Source of the DNA: Candidatus Omnitrophota bacterium | GTDB lineage: Bacteria; Omnitrophota; Gorgyraeia; 2-01-FULL-45-10 | Direction of reading: 5' to 3' | DNA length: 32,000 nucleotides | NCBI GenBank assembly: GCA_023818895.1 | Contig: JAMWCX010000004.1 | Span: 1 to 32,000, forward strand | Shown: positions 15,665 to 24,956 of the stretch, in pieces | How positions within the stretch are numbered: position 1 is the first letter of the stretch | How the letters are laid out: each line of letters starts with the position of its first letter | Notes under the pieces: generated by a model | What the model was told of the DNA's origin: nothing | Database searches by the model: none | The model's input: the letters and a program-made list of their open reading frames with translations, nothing else | Program-made: the position numbers and the translations under genes

Positions 15665-17347
15665 TTATTTCACGCAGAGGTCAGCTATAGGAGCTCCGCT
15701 TATGCACGCGGTGTAGCAGGCATACGATACTGAGCACGGACTTCCCTTGCCGTCATCCACTTTGAGCACTACCTTATACTGACCGATCTCTTTATATACA
15801 TGGGTTACCTTAGCGCCTTCGGCAGTGGTGCCGTCGCCGAAATCCCATGAATACGAGAGCTTATCGCCATCTGGATCGGTAGAAGCAGACCCGTCGAAGA
15901 GGGCCTCTTTACCGACGCAGCATGCGTCACACGGGCCGATTACAGCAGTAGGCCTACTGTTTATATTGACAACAACACTTGCCGAGTCTTTAGAGCAGGG
16001 TGTCATGCCGCTACCGTCATCGACGGTGACCCTTACCGTATACGTGCCGCCCTTATCGTAGGCGTGGTGCACTTCGCAGTCGGCGCCCTCGAGCGTCGTG
16101 CCATCGCCGAAATCCCACGAATAGGTCAGGCAGTCGCTATCTGGATCGGATGATCCGCATGCGTTGAACGAGATGCACTCGCCCATGCAGGCCTTATCCG
16201 GTCCGCAGAGCGCCGCCTTAGGCCCCGCGTTCACGAAAACACAAGCCGTATCGCAAGAGACGCACTCGCCATCAGTGAGGGTGAGCGTGGCGGTGTAATG
16301 GCCGCCCTCGGCATACTTATGCGACACCTTGACTCCAGTGCCGGTCTGGCCGTCGCCAAAATCCCACGCGTAAGTAGCTCCGGGTCCTGCCTGCGACTTG
16401 GAGGCGTCGAAATTTACCTCATCTCCGGCACAGACATTGTAATCGCAACCCGCGTCAGCACAAGGCTGTCTGGAGATATTAACAGTGAGGCAATCCGAAG
16501 CCGTACTACACTGTGAATTACAGCCGTCGTCAACAACGAGCGTAACCTTATACATGCCGGGTCCGGCATAAGTGTGTTTTACGTTCCGGCCTTCACCTGA
16601 GGTGCCATCACCGAAATTCCACATATAGGTAAGACAGCCCGTGGAAGAGCTTCCTGAACCGCGGAATGAGACCGTCAGCGGTTGGTCATACGGAACGCAT
16701 GTCATGCATACATCATTTCCTGCCTCAGCGCAAGGAGGTGTATTAACTGTAACATTCATACAGGCACTATCCCTGCAGCAGTTTGAGCATGAACCGTCAT
16801 CTACCGTAAGGACAACCCTATAGCTACCACCGCGCTCAAAGACATGCTTTACTACCTGGCCTTCGGCCGTGGTACCATCACCGAAATCCCAAGTGTAATT
16901 AAGAGTCTTGGAAGTAGTACTTGAAGACTGGGAAGCGTCATAAGTCGCTTCCTGGCCAGTGCATATGCAATCCGGACCGTTAAATACCGCTGTTGGCGGG
17001 CAATTTACCTTCACGACCTGCGTTAATGTATCAATGCCGCAGGGGGAACCGCAGGAATCGGTAACAGTCAATTTCACCGTATACTCGCCTGGCTTCTCGT
17101 AAGCATGCTTAACTACCGCACCCTCAGCTGTGCAACCGTCACCAAAATCCCAGCTGTAGCATAGGGATGCCGGCGCGCAGGTCTGCGGCCGCGATTTTGA
17201 CGCATCAAAAGTGAACGCCTCGCCTATGCACTTGGTATAATTAGAACACGGGCCGCATTCCTCTTTTGCCGTCAAGCTGGATATGCCGCATAGCATGGCC
17301 ACGAACGACACGACCAATGCCATACATATTACAGCTTTCTTCTCCAT
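15665..17347 (-). CDS. Secreted protein with six tandem PKD domains, unusually cysteine-dense
   Basis: The likely start is the second Met (17347), after AAAGGAGGGGG. A signal peptide is present. The PKD signature W(D/N)FGDG occurs six times at residue spacings of 83-90, each followed by a V.H.Y...G.Y.V.L.V.D block. I count about 44 Cys in the 565-aa tracked ORF. Confidence 0.9.
   Translation of the reverse strand: MEKKAVICMALVVSFVAMLCGISSLTAKEECGPCSNYTKCIGEAFTFDASKSRPQTCAPASLCYSWDFGDGCTAEGAVVKHAYEKPGEYTVKLTVTDSCGSPCGIDTLTQVVKVNCPPTAVFNGPDCICTGQEATYDASQSSSTTSKTLNYTWDFGDGTTAEGQVVKHVFERGGSYRVVLTVDDGSCSNCCRDSACMNVTVNTPPCAEAGNDVCMTCVPYDQPLTVSFRGSGSSSTGCLTYMWNFGDGTSGEGRNVKHTYAGPGMYKVTLVVDDGCNSQCSTASDCLTVNISRQPCADAGCDYNVCAGDEVNFDASKSQAGPGATYAWDFGDGQTGTGVKVSHKYAEGGHYTATLTLTDGECVSCDTACVFVNAGPKAALCGPDKACMGECISFNACGSSDPDSDCLTYSWDFGDGTTLEGADCEVHHAYDKGGTYTVRVTVDDGSGMTPCSKDSASVVVNINSRPTAVIGPCDACCVGKEALFDGSASTDPDGDKLSYSWDFGDGTTAEGAKVTHVYKEIGQYKVVLKVDDGKGSPCSVSYACYTACISGAPIADLCVK
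15698..17257 (-). repeat. Six tandem coding repeats of about 255-270 bp (PKD modules)
   Basis: The recurring DNA/protein blocks YxWDFGDGTTAEG...VKH.Y...G.Y.V.LTVDDG are the repeat unit. The periodicity is visible from the six W positions (tracked residues 71, 158, 248, 333, 416, 506). Confidence 0.8.
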
Positions 17348-17447
17348 ACCCCCTCCTTTCATTTACGCTTCCCAAGCCTCACTATACTATCTTGATGAAT
17401 AGCGTCTATCCATTATTTGAGACTTAATTGCTGAATAACAATATAAT

Positions 17448-17476
17448 TATATACCTAAGTTAAGGATAGATGTCAA
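17448..17476 (-). promoter_or_regulatory. Sigma70 consensus-like promoter for the PKD gene
   Basis: Minus strand TTGACA (17476..17471), 17-nt spacer, TATATA(AT) (17453..17448). It leaves a leader of roughly 90 nt before the 17347 start codon. Confidence 0.5.
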
Positions 17477-17506
17477 GTATAATATCAGATACGTCCCAAA
17501 GGCCTT

Positions 17507-19033
17507 TTACTGTCCTTTTCTGACATCAGCCTGTATCTCAAATATCACAAGCGGGTTCTTCTTTGAATCCGTATGAACGAACAGATGTCGTTTTTTTAAC
17601 CCAGAATATCCCTTAGTATCGAAAGCTATTTCAATGGGCACCGTTTTACCCGGCTCAACGACCTTCGTTTCGACCTTTGGTTCAGTGCAGGAGCATGATG
17701 TGTTAACACTCTTTATATTTATTGTAACATCTTCGTCGTTTCTGAATACGAAGGTGTGTTTAACGGTCTCTCCCTCTTTTACCACGCCGAAGTCGTAAAA
17801 ATTCGGATCCGCTTTAAGTTCCTCTGCCGTCTTTTCGGGCGGGAGGACGCTGTCGGCGTGAAGAAGAGTCGCCCCTAGGAAGATGAACATCACAGCAAGG
17901 AGTATCTTGACCAGGAACATGTGTTTCTTCATGACATTCGCGAAGCTCTGGGAAGAAACGCCTGCAAGGGCAAGGCAATAAATGGCAAGCAGGGGAACAA
18001 TAAACATTAGATTATAAATAAAAAGATAGGCGAAGGCTTTAAGTTTCTCCGAAGAGGTTTTCAAAACAAAGACGATCGTTGGAAGATACAGTTGTCCCGT
18101 GCATACGGATTCGAACAACGATACGACAAACCCCACACCGAGAGCACTGCAACCCAGCACGAAAAGGTTCGTGCGTTTTTTGTCGGTTGTTTCTTTCGTA
18201 ACCCTGTACTGGTTGCCGATGACCGCCTGTATCCTCGCTTTTATGCTCTTAGGAAGACGAAGAACCATGCTTTCGCTTTCGCCTTTCTTAAGGAATATAA
18301 AAGCGTCATACAATGATAAAATGCCGAATATTATGCTCAAGCCTCCCACAGCATAGGAGATAATCTTGGTTATCGTCGTGTATCCCCTCATCGCGTGTAG
18401 CCATCCGAAAAACCCAAGGCCCAGAAGAAGATAGGTAAGGAAGACCGCGAAGATAAATGCCAGGCCCACAACTGCAATGCCTCGCTTTCTATAACCTTGA
18501 AAGAAAAGAAACGACATAAAGAATACGATAACAGTAAAAGCGCATGGATTTATGCCGTCTATAAGGCCCGCCGTAACTATGGCGAGAGGCTTCAGGTTTT
18601 GAAAATACTTCATGATATCTGCCTCAGTAGCCTTAGCTGTAGGAGCCGGCATGCCGCATCCTATTCCACGAGCCACAAATGTAGCGATGGATTCAAAGGT
18701 AAGATTGCTCTCTTGCCGTCCATCGAGGAACTTACCGCACATATAGAGAACAGGGAAAACACTTTCGTCATCACCACTATATTGCTGCTTCAGCGCGAAC
18801 AGCATCTTGTAATTTTCCAGGTCGCCGATGTCCCTGTACTCCACGAATACGCGGCCTTGGAAATGCTGGACAATCCGCGGCATAACTTCCGCCTTCGTCA
18901 TCGCGCAACGGTGGCAACTGGGGCTGAAAAAGTAGATAAGCTTCTGAAGATGCTCCTCAGAGCGGCATTCCTTTATTAGGAATACGCCGCCTATCAGTAA
19001 AGCTGCTATCGCTATAAAAAATATTTTTTTCAC
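17507..19033 (-). CDS. Three-part fusion: thioredoxin/glutaredoxin-like CxxC domain, CcdA/DsbD-type thiol-disulfide transporter membrane domain, and C-terminal DUF1573 domain
   Basis: 508-aa ORF. An N-terminal anchor is followed by FFSPSCHRCA (CxxC). A polytopic core carries DGINPCAF and ESVCTGQLYLP, the two conserved membrane cysteines of the CcdA/DsbD family. The C-terminus FYDFGVVKEGETVKHTFVFRN...NTSCSCTEP is the DUF1573 signature. Confidence 0.8.
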   Translation of the reverse strand: MKKIFFIAIAALLIGGVFLIKECRSEEHLQKLIYFFSPSCHRCAMTKAEVMPRIVQHFQGRVFVEYRDIGDLENYKMLFALKQQYSGDDESVFPVLYMCGKFLDGRQESNLTFESIATFVARGIGCGMPAPTAKATEADIMKYFQNLKPLAIVTAGLIDGINPCAFTVIVFFMSFLFFQGYRKRGIAVVGLAFIFAVFLTYLLLGLGFFGWLHAMRGYTTITKIISYAVGGLSIIFGILSLYDAFIFLKKGESESMVLRLPKSIKARIQAVIGNQYRVTKETTDKKRTNLFVLGCSALGVGFVVSLFESVCTGQLYLPTIVFVLKTSSEKLKAFAYLFIYNLMFIVPLLAIYCLALAGVSSQSFANVMKKHMFLVKILLAVMFIFLGATLLHADSVLPPEKTAEELKADPNFYDFGVVKEGETVKHTFVFRNDEDVTINIKSVNTSCSCTEPKVETKVVEPGKTVPIEIAFDTKGYSGLKKRHLFVHTDSKKNPLVIFEIQADVRKGQ

Positions 19034-19284
19034 TTACCGAATGCTCCCTTAAACCCTTTTTGCATCTTAGCAGCCTGTTTTTCCATATTTTTGCCGAAGC
19101 GCTTGGCCTCGCGTTCTGACTTTCGTTTCATCAATATCATGCTCTTTTCCGGTTCCTGTTTTCCTCTGGTTGCCCACCAGTCTCCTATACGGTCTAGCGC
19201 ATTATCTTGCGCATATACCGGGATGGCGACAAAAGATATCGCGATGAAGACGATTGCGACAAAAAGCGCTGTGTATCTTTTCAT
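19030..19284 (-). CDS. Small secreted lysine-rich protein, unknown function
   Basis: The likely start is ATG at 19284, after AAGGTGGG. A signal peptide (MKRYTALFVAIVFIAISFVAIPVYA) is followed by a charged, K-rich tail. A 4-nt overlap joins it to the downstream fusion gene. Confidence 0.55.
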   Translation of the reverse strand: MKRYTALFVAIVFIAISFVAIPVYAQDNALDRIGDWWATRGKQEPEKSMILMKRKSEREAKRFGKNMEKQAAKMQKGFKGAFGK

Positions 19285-19299
19285 GATGCCCACCTTATG

Positions 19300-20118
19300 T
19301 TATTTTTGGGAACCAAACCCCTTTAAGAGGTCCGCGACCGCGCCTGCGGTCTCTTCGGCTGTCTTCTTCGCCTTGCCAGCCGTATCGGTCACTGTCTTCA
19401 CCGTCTGGGCGGCGGTCGCGACGGCTTTTTTGGTGACCAATTGCGCCCTGGAAAGAGTTCCTGAGACGGTGTTAGACAGGCCGCTTATGTCAAAACCGGT
19501 CAGATTGGATACAGATGTGTTAGCCAACGAACGCACTACGACTACACTCACCACAGAATAAGGGTCATCAATACCTGTGAGGCGCTCATTTATATTCAGG
19601 TTGAATTCCTTTGTTATAGGCACACCGCCAAGCGAATAGTCCTTATATACCACTTTGCCTATTTTCAGTTCCAAGTTATCTATCCTGAAGATTTTTAGTT
19701 TCTCTGTAGGGACTGCCGGAGACCTTCCTTCTTTCACCGCCTGCACAACTTTAAGCGCGTCGAGATTTAAAATACCTCGTTCATTTCTGACGACGGTAAA
19801 TTCTTTGAGGGCAAGACGCGCCTCTTTAAGATGGATGTCTCCTTTTAGGATTGCGGGAAGGTCATAAATGACTGCGATTTCCTGCACCTCTGCCATGACG
19901 CTGTCTTTGAAACCCGCGGGGTTAAAAAGCCTCAAGCCCTTAATGAAAAGTGATGAGTCGATAAGACCAAGTCTGAAGCTGCCTATGGTAATCTTAAGAC
20001 CCGTCACCATCTCAACCCCTCTTTCGACTGAGGTCTTTATGATAACGTCTTTCGCCATAATAACTGCGACGAGCGCTATAAATATTATCAAGACTAATAG
20101 GCTAATCAGTTTTTTCAT
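19300..20118 (-). CDS. N-terminally anchored envelope protein, possibly a short AsmA-like protein
   Basis: 272-aa ORF with SD AAAAGGAG. It has a single N-terminal TM helix, then a beta-rich region resembling AsmA-family N-termini, then an Ala/Thr/Lys-rich tail. The family call is weak. Confidence 0.55.
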   Translation of the reverse strand: MKKLISLLVLIIFIALVAVIMAKDVIIKTSVERGVEMVTGLKITIGSFRLGLIDSSLFIKGLRLFNPAGFKDSVMAEVQEIAVIYDLPAILKGDIHLKEARLALKEFTVVRNERGILNLDALKVVQAVKEGRSPAVPTEKLKIFRIDNLELKIGKVVYKDYSLGGVPITKEFNLNINERLTGIDDPYSVVSVVVVRSLANTSVSNLTGFDISGLSNTVSGTLSRAQLVTKKAVATAAQTVKTVTDTAGKAKKTAEETAGAVADLLKGFGSQK

Positions 20119-20171
20119 AGCCTTACTCCTTTTGCTTTTACGGGGTTAAAAATGTAATTTTGATTATAGCC

Positions 20172-20200
20172 AGTATACATGAAACATACTAAATCTTCAA
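20172..20200 (-). promoter_or_regulatory. Sigma70-like promoter for the 20118 unit
   Basis: Minus strand TTGAAG (20200..20195), 17-nt spacer, TATACT (20177..20172). Confidence 0.4.
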
Positions 20201-20244
20201 TAAGAAAGGATGTTTTTTATTACTTCATAATACAAAATACGGTT

Positions 20245-22674
20245 TTATTCTTTCGGGCCGAGTAGCGCACCAGCAACCCCTATTACGATATCCGGGACGC
20301 TTTGCTTCATCTTGAACCTAGGATTATTCAATGTACCCGTGACCTCAGTATAGGTATATTGTCCGATGGCATCGGCGATATTCTTCTGCGCGCTCGGGTA
20401 CATTGCCTCTTCGGTAAGCTCGGTCTTAAGCACAGCATTCACTGATCCGTCAAATCCTATAGTCCCTGAGCCATACATGTTGATGAGATCACTCTTCATG
20501 GCAAAGTAGTCGGCGAATATCGTCCTGTCCCTGATCTTGAAGTCGCATGTGCCTTCGGTGAAGACGATATTCTTAAAGTCCTTGGTAAAAATAATCGAAC
20601 CGAAACCATGAAAAAGATTAAGCTGCCACAGCCTGCCGTCTTTAAGAGCCGCGCGCCCCAATCCTGTCAGGCGCGAGACATCTTTGAACACGCCTTTAAG
20701 ATCCAGATAAACACGCAGAGTCCCTGATACATCCTTGTCCCTGATTCCGATGTCTGATCTGAGCTCATCAATCTTCACTTCACGGGCATCAACTCTTAAA
20801 TCGTATGGCAGACCTTTGGCGTAGAAGTCCATCTTAGCGGTCGCCTCAATCGTCCCGCCATAAAGGCTGGCGCGCATCTTGTTTATATAACCTGCGCCTT
20901 CTTCTTGAAGATATTCGGCTGAGGCGTCCGTAAATACCAGGCCGTAAAGAGAAATACGCCTACTCTTCAGCCGCGCCGATATGTTGCAAGATCTTAAGTC
21001 CTTTATATCCCCGCTTAATTTGAAATCAGTAACCATATTTCCAGCTGGTTTCATCTTCACAATACCAGCGGCTTTCCTGCCTATTGTTTTGAGGTCTCTG
21101 AGTTCCAATTCTGCCGAGCCGTTTAAATCGGCATCTATGACGTCCTTTTCGCTGAAATCAAGCTCGCCTTTTAGGTTAAAACCTGAATTTAACCAGCGCC
21201 CTTTCACCTTTTCGATATTCATGACCTTATCAGTCATTGTAAATATGGACTCCAGCGAGAGATCTCGCGAGGAGGCCTCGAGCGTCACCTTCGGGATCCT
21301 AAAATTTTCCACCTTTCCCGATACCATATACCTGACATCCCGATATCTCAGTTTGAGGTCTTTCCATTTCAGGCCTTCCGTGGTGAATTGGATCTCGCCG
21401 TTAAGTTCCTCTATAGGAAAATTGCCGCTTCCAAAAGCGATCGTGGCGTCACGTAGGACAATATATCCGTTCAACCGCGGCTCTTTCTCCTTCGCCATCT
21501 GCACAGAGACGCTTAGAGCGGCCTTGCCGGCAAGATCAAGCGGCAGCTTCACACCGAAATCAGCAAGAAGGGTCTTCTGTAGGGGGCCTAGCAGCGTCTC
21601 GGAGGTCGCGTAGATATCAAGGATAGGTTTTTGGAAATTTACCACGTTTATCCTGGCCTTCCATGGCATACCATAGGCTTCGACATATATGTCCTCCGAG
21701 TGGATCCTTGTATCGTCGAATTCAACATTTGCCTTCAAGTTGGTAAGCTTACCGAGCATAGTGATGCCCTCTATATCCATGTCGGTTATCTTAAGATTTC
21801 CGGCATATTCAAGGCTTTTATCAGCGAAGTCATAGCGCATCATCACTTTAATACCGGCGTCAAGTTTTGCGCGCAAAGTGTCCTTCACGACAGAAAGCCT
21901 TAGGGCACGGCCCGAGATATCAGTGTTAAGACAGCCTTCTTCGGTTCGAAGCGATATAAATAGATCGACATATCCGTCAGGAAAAGAAAAACCCATTGAG
22001 CTATAATACTGGCTAAACTCTTCCAGCAAAACATCGTTGATGCTGACAGTGGCGTTCAGAAGACCTTCTTTTATCGAATAGGTGCCGGATGACTTAAAAT
22101 AGATGGGCCGTTCTATCGGTATATCGCAGGCGAGAGAATATCGCAATATCTGATCTTCATTAACATGGATTTTCATACGAAGATTGTCCAGGCGTTCCTT
22201 GAACGTCGGATCGAGTGTTCTATCAACAAAAAGAACTCGGCCGTTTCTTACCATCAGACGCCGTGGCAGAAGTGCTATATTCCCCGCCGGTCTATATGAT
22301 ATATTAAAAAAGGATGCCACATTAAACTTTCCGTCGGATCTCCTTTCGACATATATGGCCGGGGAATCCACGAATACGGAGTGTATAACGATTTTCTTGG
22401 CAAAAAGCGGCGCAAGCTCGATGCCGCAGGAGACATTTTTGGCCCAGATCGTTATCGAACTTTTATCATATATCACAAGGTCCTGCAGCACCAAGCCCTT
22501 GGCGATGTTGTAACGTAAGTCTTGCAACAGGACCTTCTTGCCGGTAGCTTTCTCGATCTCCATTACCACAAGATTTGCCGTGCTGGCGGGAAGGGCTATG
22601 TAGACAAGGTATGCCAGAGCGCCGACAATCACTAAAACTAACCATACGAATACAACAAGCAGCTTTTTTGTCAT
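20245..22674 (-). CDS. AsmA-family (TamB/YhdP-like) large envelope protein
   Basis: About 809 aa from ATG at 22674 (MTKKLLVV...), which forms an ATGA overlap with the upstream stop. It has an N-terminal TM anchor, a long beta-rich body, and a C-terminal AsmA_2-like region (LKDGRLWQLNLFHGFG...MYGSGTIGFDGSVNAVL). Confidence 0.8.
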   Translation of the reverse strand: MTKKLLVVFVWLVLVIVGALAYLVYIALPASTANLVVMEIEKATGKKVLLQDLRYNIAKGLVLQDLVIYDKSSITIWAKNVSCGIELAPLFAKKIVIHSVFVDSPAIYVERRSDGKFNVASFFNISYRPAGNIALLPRRLMVRNGRVLFVDRTLDPTFKERLDNLRMKIHVNEDQILRYSLACDIPIERPIYFKSSGTYSIKEGLLNATVSINDVLLEEFSQYYSSMGFSFPDGYVDLFISLRTEEGCLNTDISGRALRLSVVKDTLRAKLDAGIKVMMRYDFADKSLEYAGNLKITDMDIEGITMLGKLTNLKANVEFDDTRIHSEDIYVEAYGMPWKARINVVNFQKPILDIYATSETLLGPLQKTLLADFGVKLPLDLAGKAALSVSVQMAKEKEPRLNGYIVLRDATIAFGSGNFPIEELNGEIQFTTEGLKWKDLKLRYRDVRYMVSGKVENFRIPKVTLEASSRDLSLESIFTMTDKVMNIEKVKGRWLNSGFNLKGELDFSEKDVIDADLNGSAELELRDLKTIGRKAAGIVKMKPAGNMVTDFKLSGDIKDLRSCNISARLKSRRISLYGLVFTDASAEYLQEEGAGYINKMRASLYGGTIEATAKMDFYAKGLPYDLRVDAREVKIDELRSDIGIRDKDVSGTLRVYLDLKGVFKDVSRLTGLGRAALKDGRLWQLNLFHGFGSIIFTKDFKNIVFTEGTCDFKIRDRTIFADYFAMKSDLINMYGSGTIGFDGSVNAVLKTELTEEAMYPSAQKNIADAIGQYTYTEVTGTLNNPRFKMKQSVPDIVIGVAGALLGPKE

Positions 22675-23597
22675 ACGAGGCCATCGTACCAATTATAGAC
22701 ATCGAGAGATATTCCGGCTATGAAGGCCTTGGCATCCTTTGAAGTCTTAGACTTATGCCGCGTAAGGGCCACTATCAGGAAATTTCCTTTTTTCGTGTAG
22801 ACTATCCCCGCATCATGGCAGACGCCCCTCTCAAGGCCGGTCTTGTGCGCGACGACTGTGCCGGGAGGAAGTTTCTTCGGTATACGATCCTTAACCTTCT
22901 GTCTAGCAAGTATGGTCAGACATTCTTTGGAAACCAAAGGGTTGATCAATTTTCCACGGTAAATCTTCTCAAGAAGATAGGCCATGTCGGAGGCCGTTGT
23001 ATAGTTCTCGACTCCCATCTTCCGTGACTTAAAATCCATCATGACGCGCGAGATATTCGTATTCTTAAGGCCCATACGCTTGAAGGATTTATCCAAGTAA
23101 TCCATGCCTAGCTTTTCCATGAGCATGTTAGCGGCAGTGTTATCGCTCTCGGAAATCATAAGATCCATCAGTTCTTTTATTGTGTAACTCTTGCCCGGCT
23201 TTTCGCTCTTCAACACACCCGAGCCCGGAACCGTTTGGGCCCTTATGTGTGTCATCTTCTCATCAAGCTTAAGGCGTCCCTCCGATTCGGCATAAAATAC
23301 GGCTGCCATTATCGGCACTTTGACGAGGCTTGCTGACTGTATGGCCTTATCCTTGTCGAAGCTTATCTCAAGTCCTGTCGCCAGATCCTTTATGACAAGC
23401 GAGACTTCGCCATCAAAACTTTTTATATCAGAGGCGATCTTTTTTTCCAGCGCCTGCCAGGCGGCTTTGCGTTTTTCGAAAAGCAACTTCCTTTGCCGCT
23501 CCGCCTGAAAGCCTTTATAAGCCTGCATCCCAAAATTCACGGCCGCCACAGCGAGCACCAGCATCATTATCGCGGGCAATATCTTTTTTATGATCAT
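22671..23597 (-). CDS. Class A beta-lactamase-fold serine hydrolase (secreted)
   Basis: 308-aa ORF with a signal/anchor. It has SxxK (SLVK), SDN (SESDNTAAN) and KTG (HKTGL) motifs in the canonical order. Confidence 0.8.
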   Translation of the reverse strand: MIIKKILPAIMMLVLAVAAVNFGMQAYKGFQAERQRKLLFEKRKAAWQALEKKIASDIKSFDGEVSLVIKDLATGLEISFDKDKAIQSASLVKVPIMAAVFYAESEGRLKLDEKMTHIRAQTVPGSGVLKSEKPGKSYTIKELMDLMISESDNTAANMLMEKLGMDYLDKSFKRMGLKNTNISRVMMDFKSRKMGVENYTTASDMAYLLEKIYRGKLINPLVSKECLTILARQKVKDRIPKKLPPGTVVAHKTGLERGVCHDAGIVYTKKGNFLIVALTRHKSKTSKDAKAFIAGISLDVYNWYDGLV

Positions 23598-23959
23598 CTA
23601 CGCTTTCCTACCTCTCTTGTGGCTATTAGATTTATGCCGAGACCGAGGAAATTTCTGAAAACCGTATCACCGGCTTTCAGCGGTTTTCTTATCCGGATCT
23701 TTCTTATCTCTTCCATCGCCTTGAAAAGGTCCTTCTTCGGGATCGGCTTATCCGTGCGCACAGGAACGAGTCTCAACTCCAGGCCCTCCGCAAGCAGTGT
23801 AGATGTAAGAACTCTTGTGGGATTCTCTACTTCCGCTTGAGCATATATCACGCCTTTGGGGCATTTAGCGCCCTTTACATCTTTTGCCTTGCTGCTTTCG
23901 ATATCAACCGAAAGAACGCACCCCTTCGGGCATTCTATACACACTAAACTTTTATTCAT
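23594..23959 (-). CDS. DUF1667 protein (third component of the archaeal/Thermotoga-type G3P dehydrogenase cluster)
   Basis: 121-aa ORF opening with LVCIECPKGCVLSVD. It sits in the conserved position after the two flavoprotein genes. Confidence 0.75.
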   Translation of the reverse strand: MNKSLVCIECPKGCVLSVDIESSKAKDVKGAKCPKGVIYAQAEVENPTRVLTSTLLAEGLELRLVPVRTDKPIPKKDLFKAMEEIRKIRIRKPLKAGDTVFRNFLGLGINLIATREVGKRR

Positions 23960-23978
23960 TATTTTTGCTCTTAATGCG

Positions 23979-24956
23979 TCAATCTAAACCTTTTATATAT
24001 TCCGCCGCCATCTTCCCGGCAAGCTGGCTATCAACTGTCACAGAATCGACATAGTCATAGACTTTATACGAATTGCCGCACACGAATATACCAGGAACTG
24101 ATGTCTTATTCACTTCCGTCGAGACCGGCGAGTTTGTCCTCTTGTCTATGATAACACCCGCCATTTCGATAAGCTCGTTTTCCGGTATTAGGCCTACTGA
24201 GACCAGGACAGTGTCGCACTCGATATCGAATTCGGTACCAGCTATTTCGTTCATCTTTTCATCGACTTTGGCAACAGAAACCTTTTCTACTCTGTCAGAA
24301 CCGTGTATCCTTAGCACCTTATGGTTGAAGTATATCGGTATTCCGAAATCCTCGACGCATTGTACGACGTTACGCAAAAGGCCGCGCGTAGTTGGCTGTA
24401 TCTCTATTATACCCTTCACCTCCGCCCCTTCCAAAGTAAAGCGGCGCGCCATTATGAGACCTATGTCGCCGGAGCCGATGATCACGACCTCTTTACCAGG
24501 CAGAAGCCCCTCGATATTTATAAGTTTTTGGGCAAGCCCTGCGGAAAAGATACCTGCAGGCCGTGTTCCCGGAATATGGACCATCTCACGGGTTTTCTCG
24601 CGACACCCTGTCGCCATTATAAGGGCTCTGGGCCTTACGGTGAATAACCCGCCGGGCTTAAGATACGTCAAGGTCTTGTCCTTTTCAAGTCGCACCACGA
24701 ACGACCTTAAACTTATTTCGATAGATGTGATATTTTTTATTTTTCGTATAAAACGGTCCGCGTACTCCGGGCCTGTCAGGACCTCCTTAAAGTATTCTAT
24801 ACCGAATCCCGTATGGATGCACTGATTTAAGAGTCCGCCCAGATACTGGTCCCGTTCTAAAAGAAGTATGTCTTTAATGCCATTTTCGTACGCTGAAATG
24901 GCAGCCGCAAGCCCTGCCGGCCCGCCGCCAACTATCACCAGATCCCTCTTAATCAC
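23979..24956 (-). CDS. NAD(P)/FAD-dependent pyridine nucleotide-disulfide oxidoreductase family protein
   Basis: 325-aa ORF with two dinucleotide folds: VIVGGGPAGLAAA and VVIIGSGDIGLIMA. Confidence 0.85.
   Translation of the reverse strand: MIKRDLVIVGGGPAGLAAAISAYENGIKDILLLERDQYLGGLLNQCIHTGFGIEYFKEVLTGPEYADRFIRKIKNITSIEISLRSFVVRLEKDKTLTYLKPGGLFTVRPRALIMATGCREKTREMVHIPGTRPAGIFSAGLAQKLINIEGLLPGKEVVIIGSGDIGLIMARRFTLEGAEVKGIIEIQPTTRGLLRNVVQCVEDFGIPIYFNHKVLRIHGSDRVEKVSVAKVDEKMNEIAGTEFDIECDTVLVSVGLIPENELIEMAGVIIDKRTNSPVSTEVNKTSVPGIFVCGNSYKVYDYVDSVTVDSQLAGKMAAEYIKGLD

Noticed and set aside
20981-21613. 210-aa plus-strand ORF antisense to the AsmA-like gene
   Set aside because: Same reasoning: a low-complexity, Ser/Phe-rich antisense frame inside a long, coherent minus-strand ORF.
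24073-24825. 250-aa plus-strand ORF antisense to the FAD/NAD(P) oxidoreductase gene
   Set aside because: Shadow ORF opposite a gene with clear dinucleotide-binding motifs. The translation is Ser/Pro/Thr/Ile-rich with no recognisable domain.
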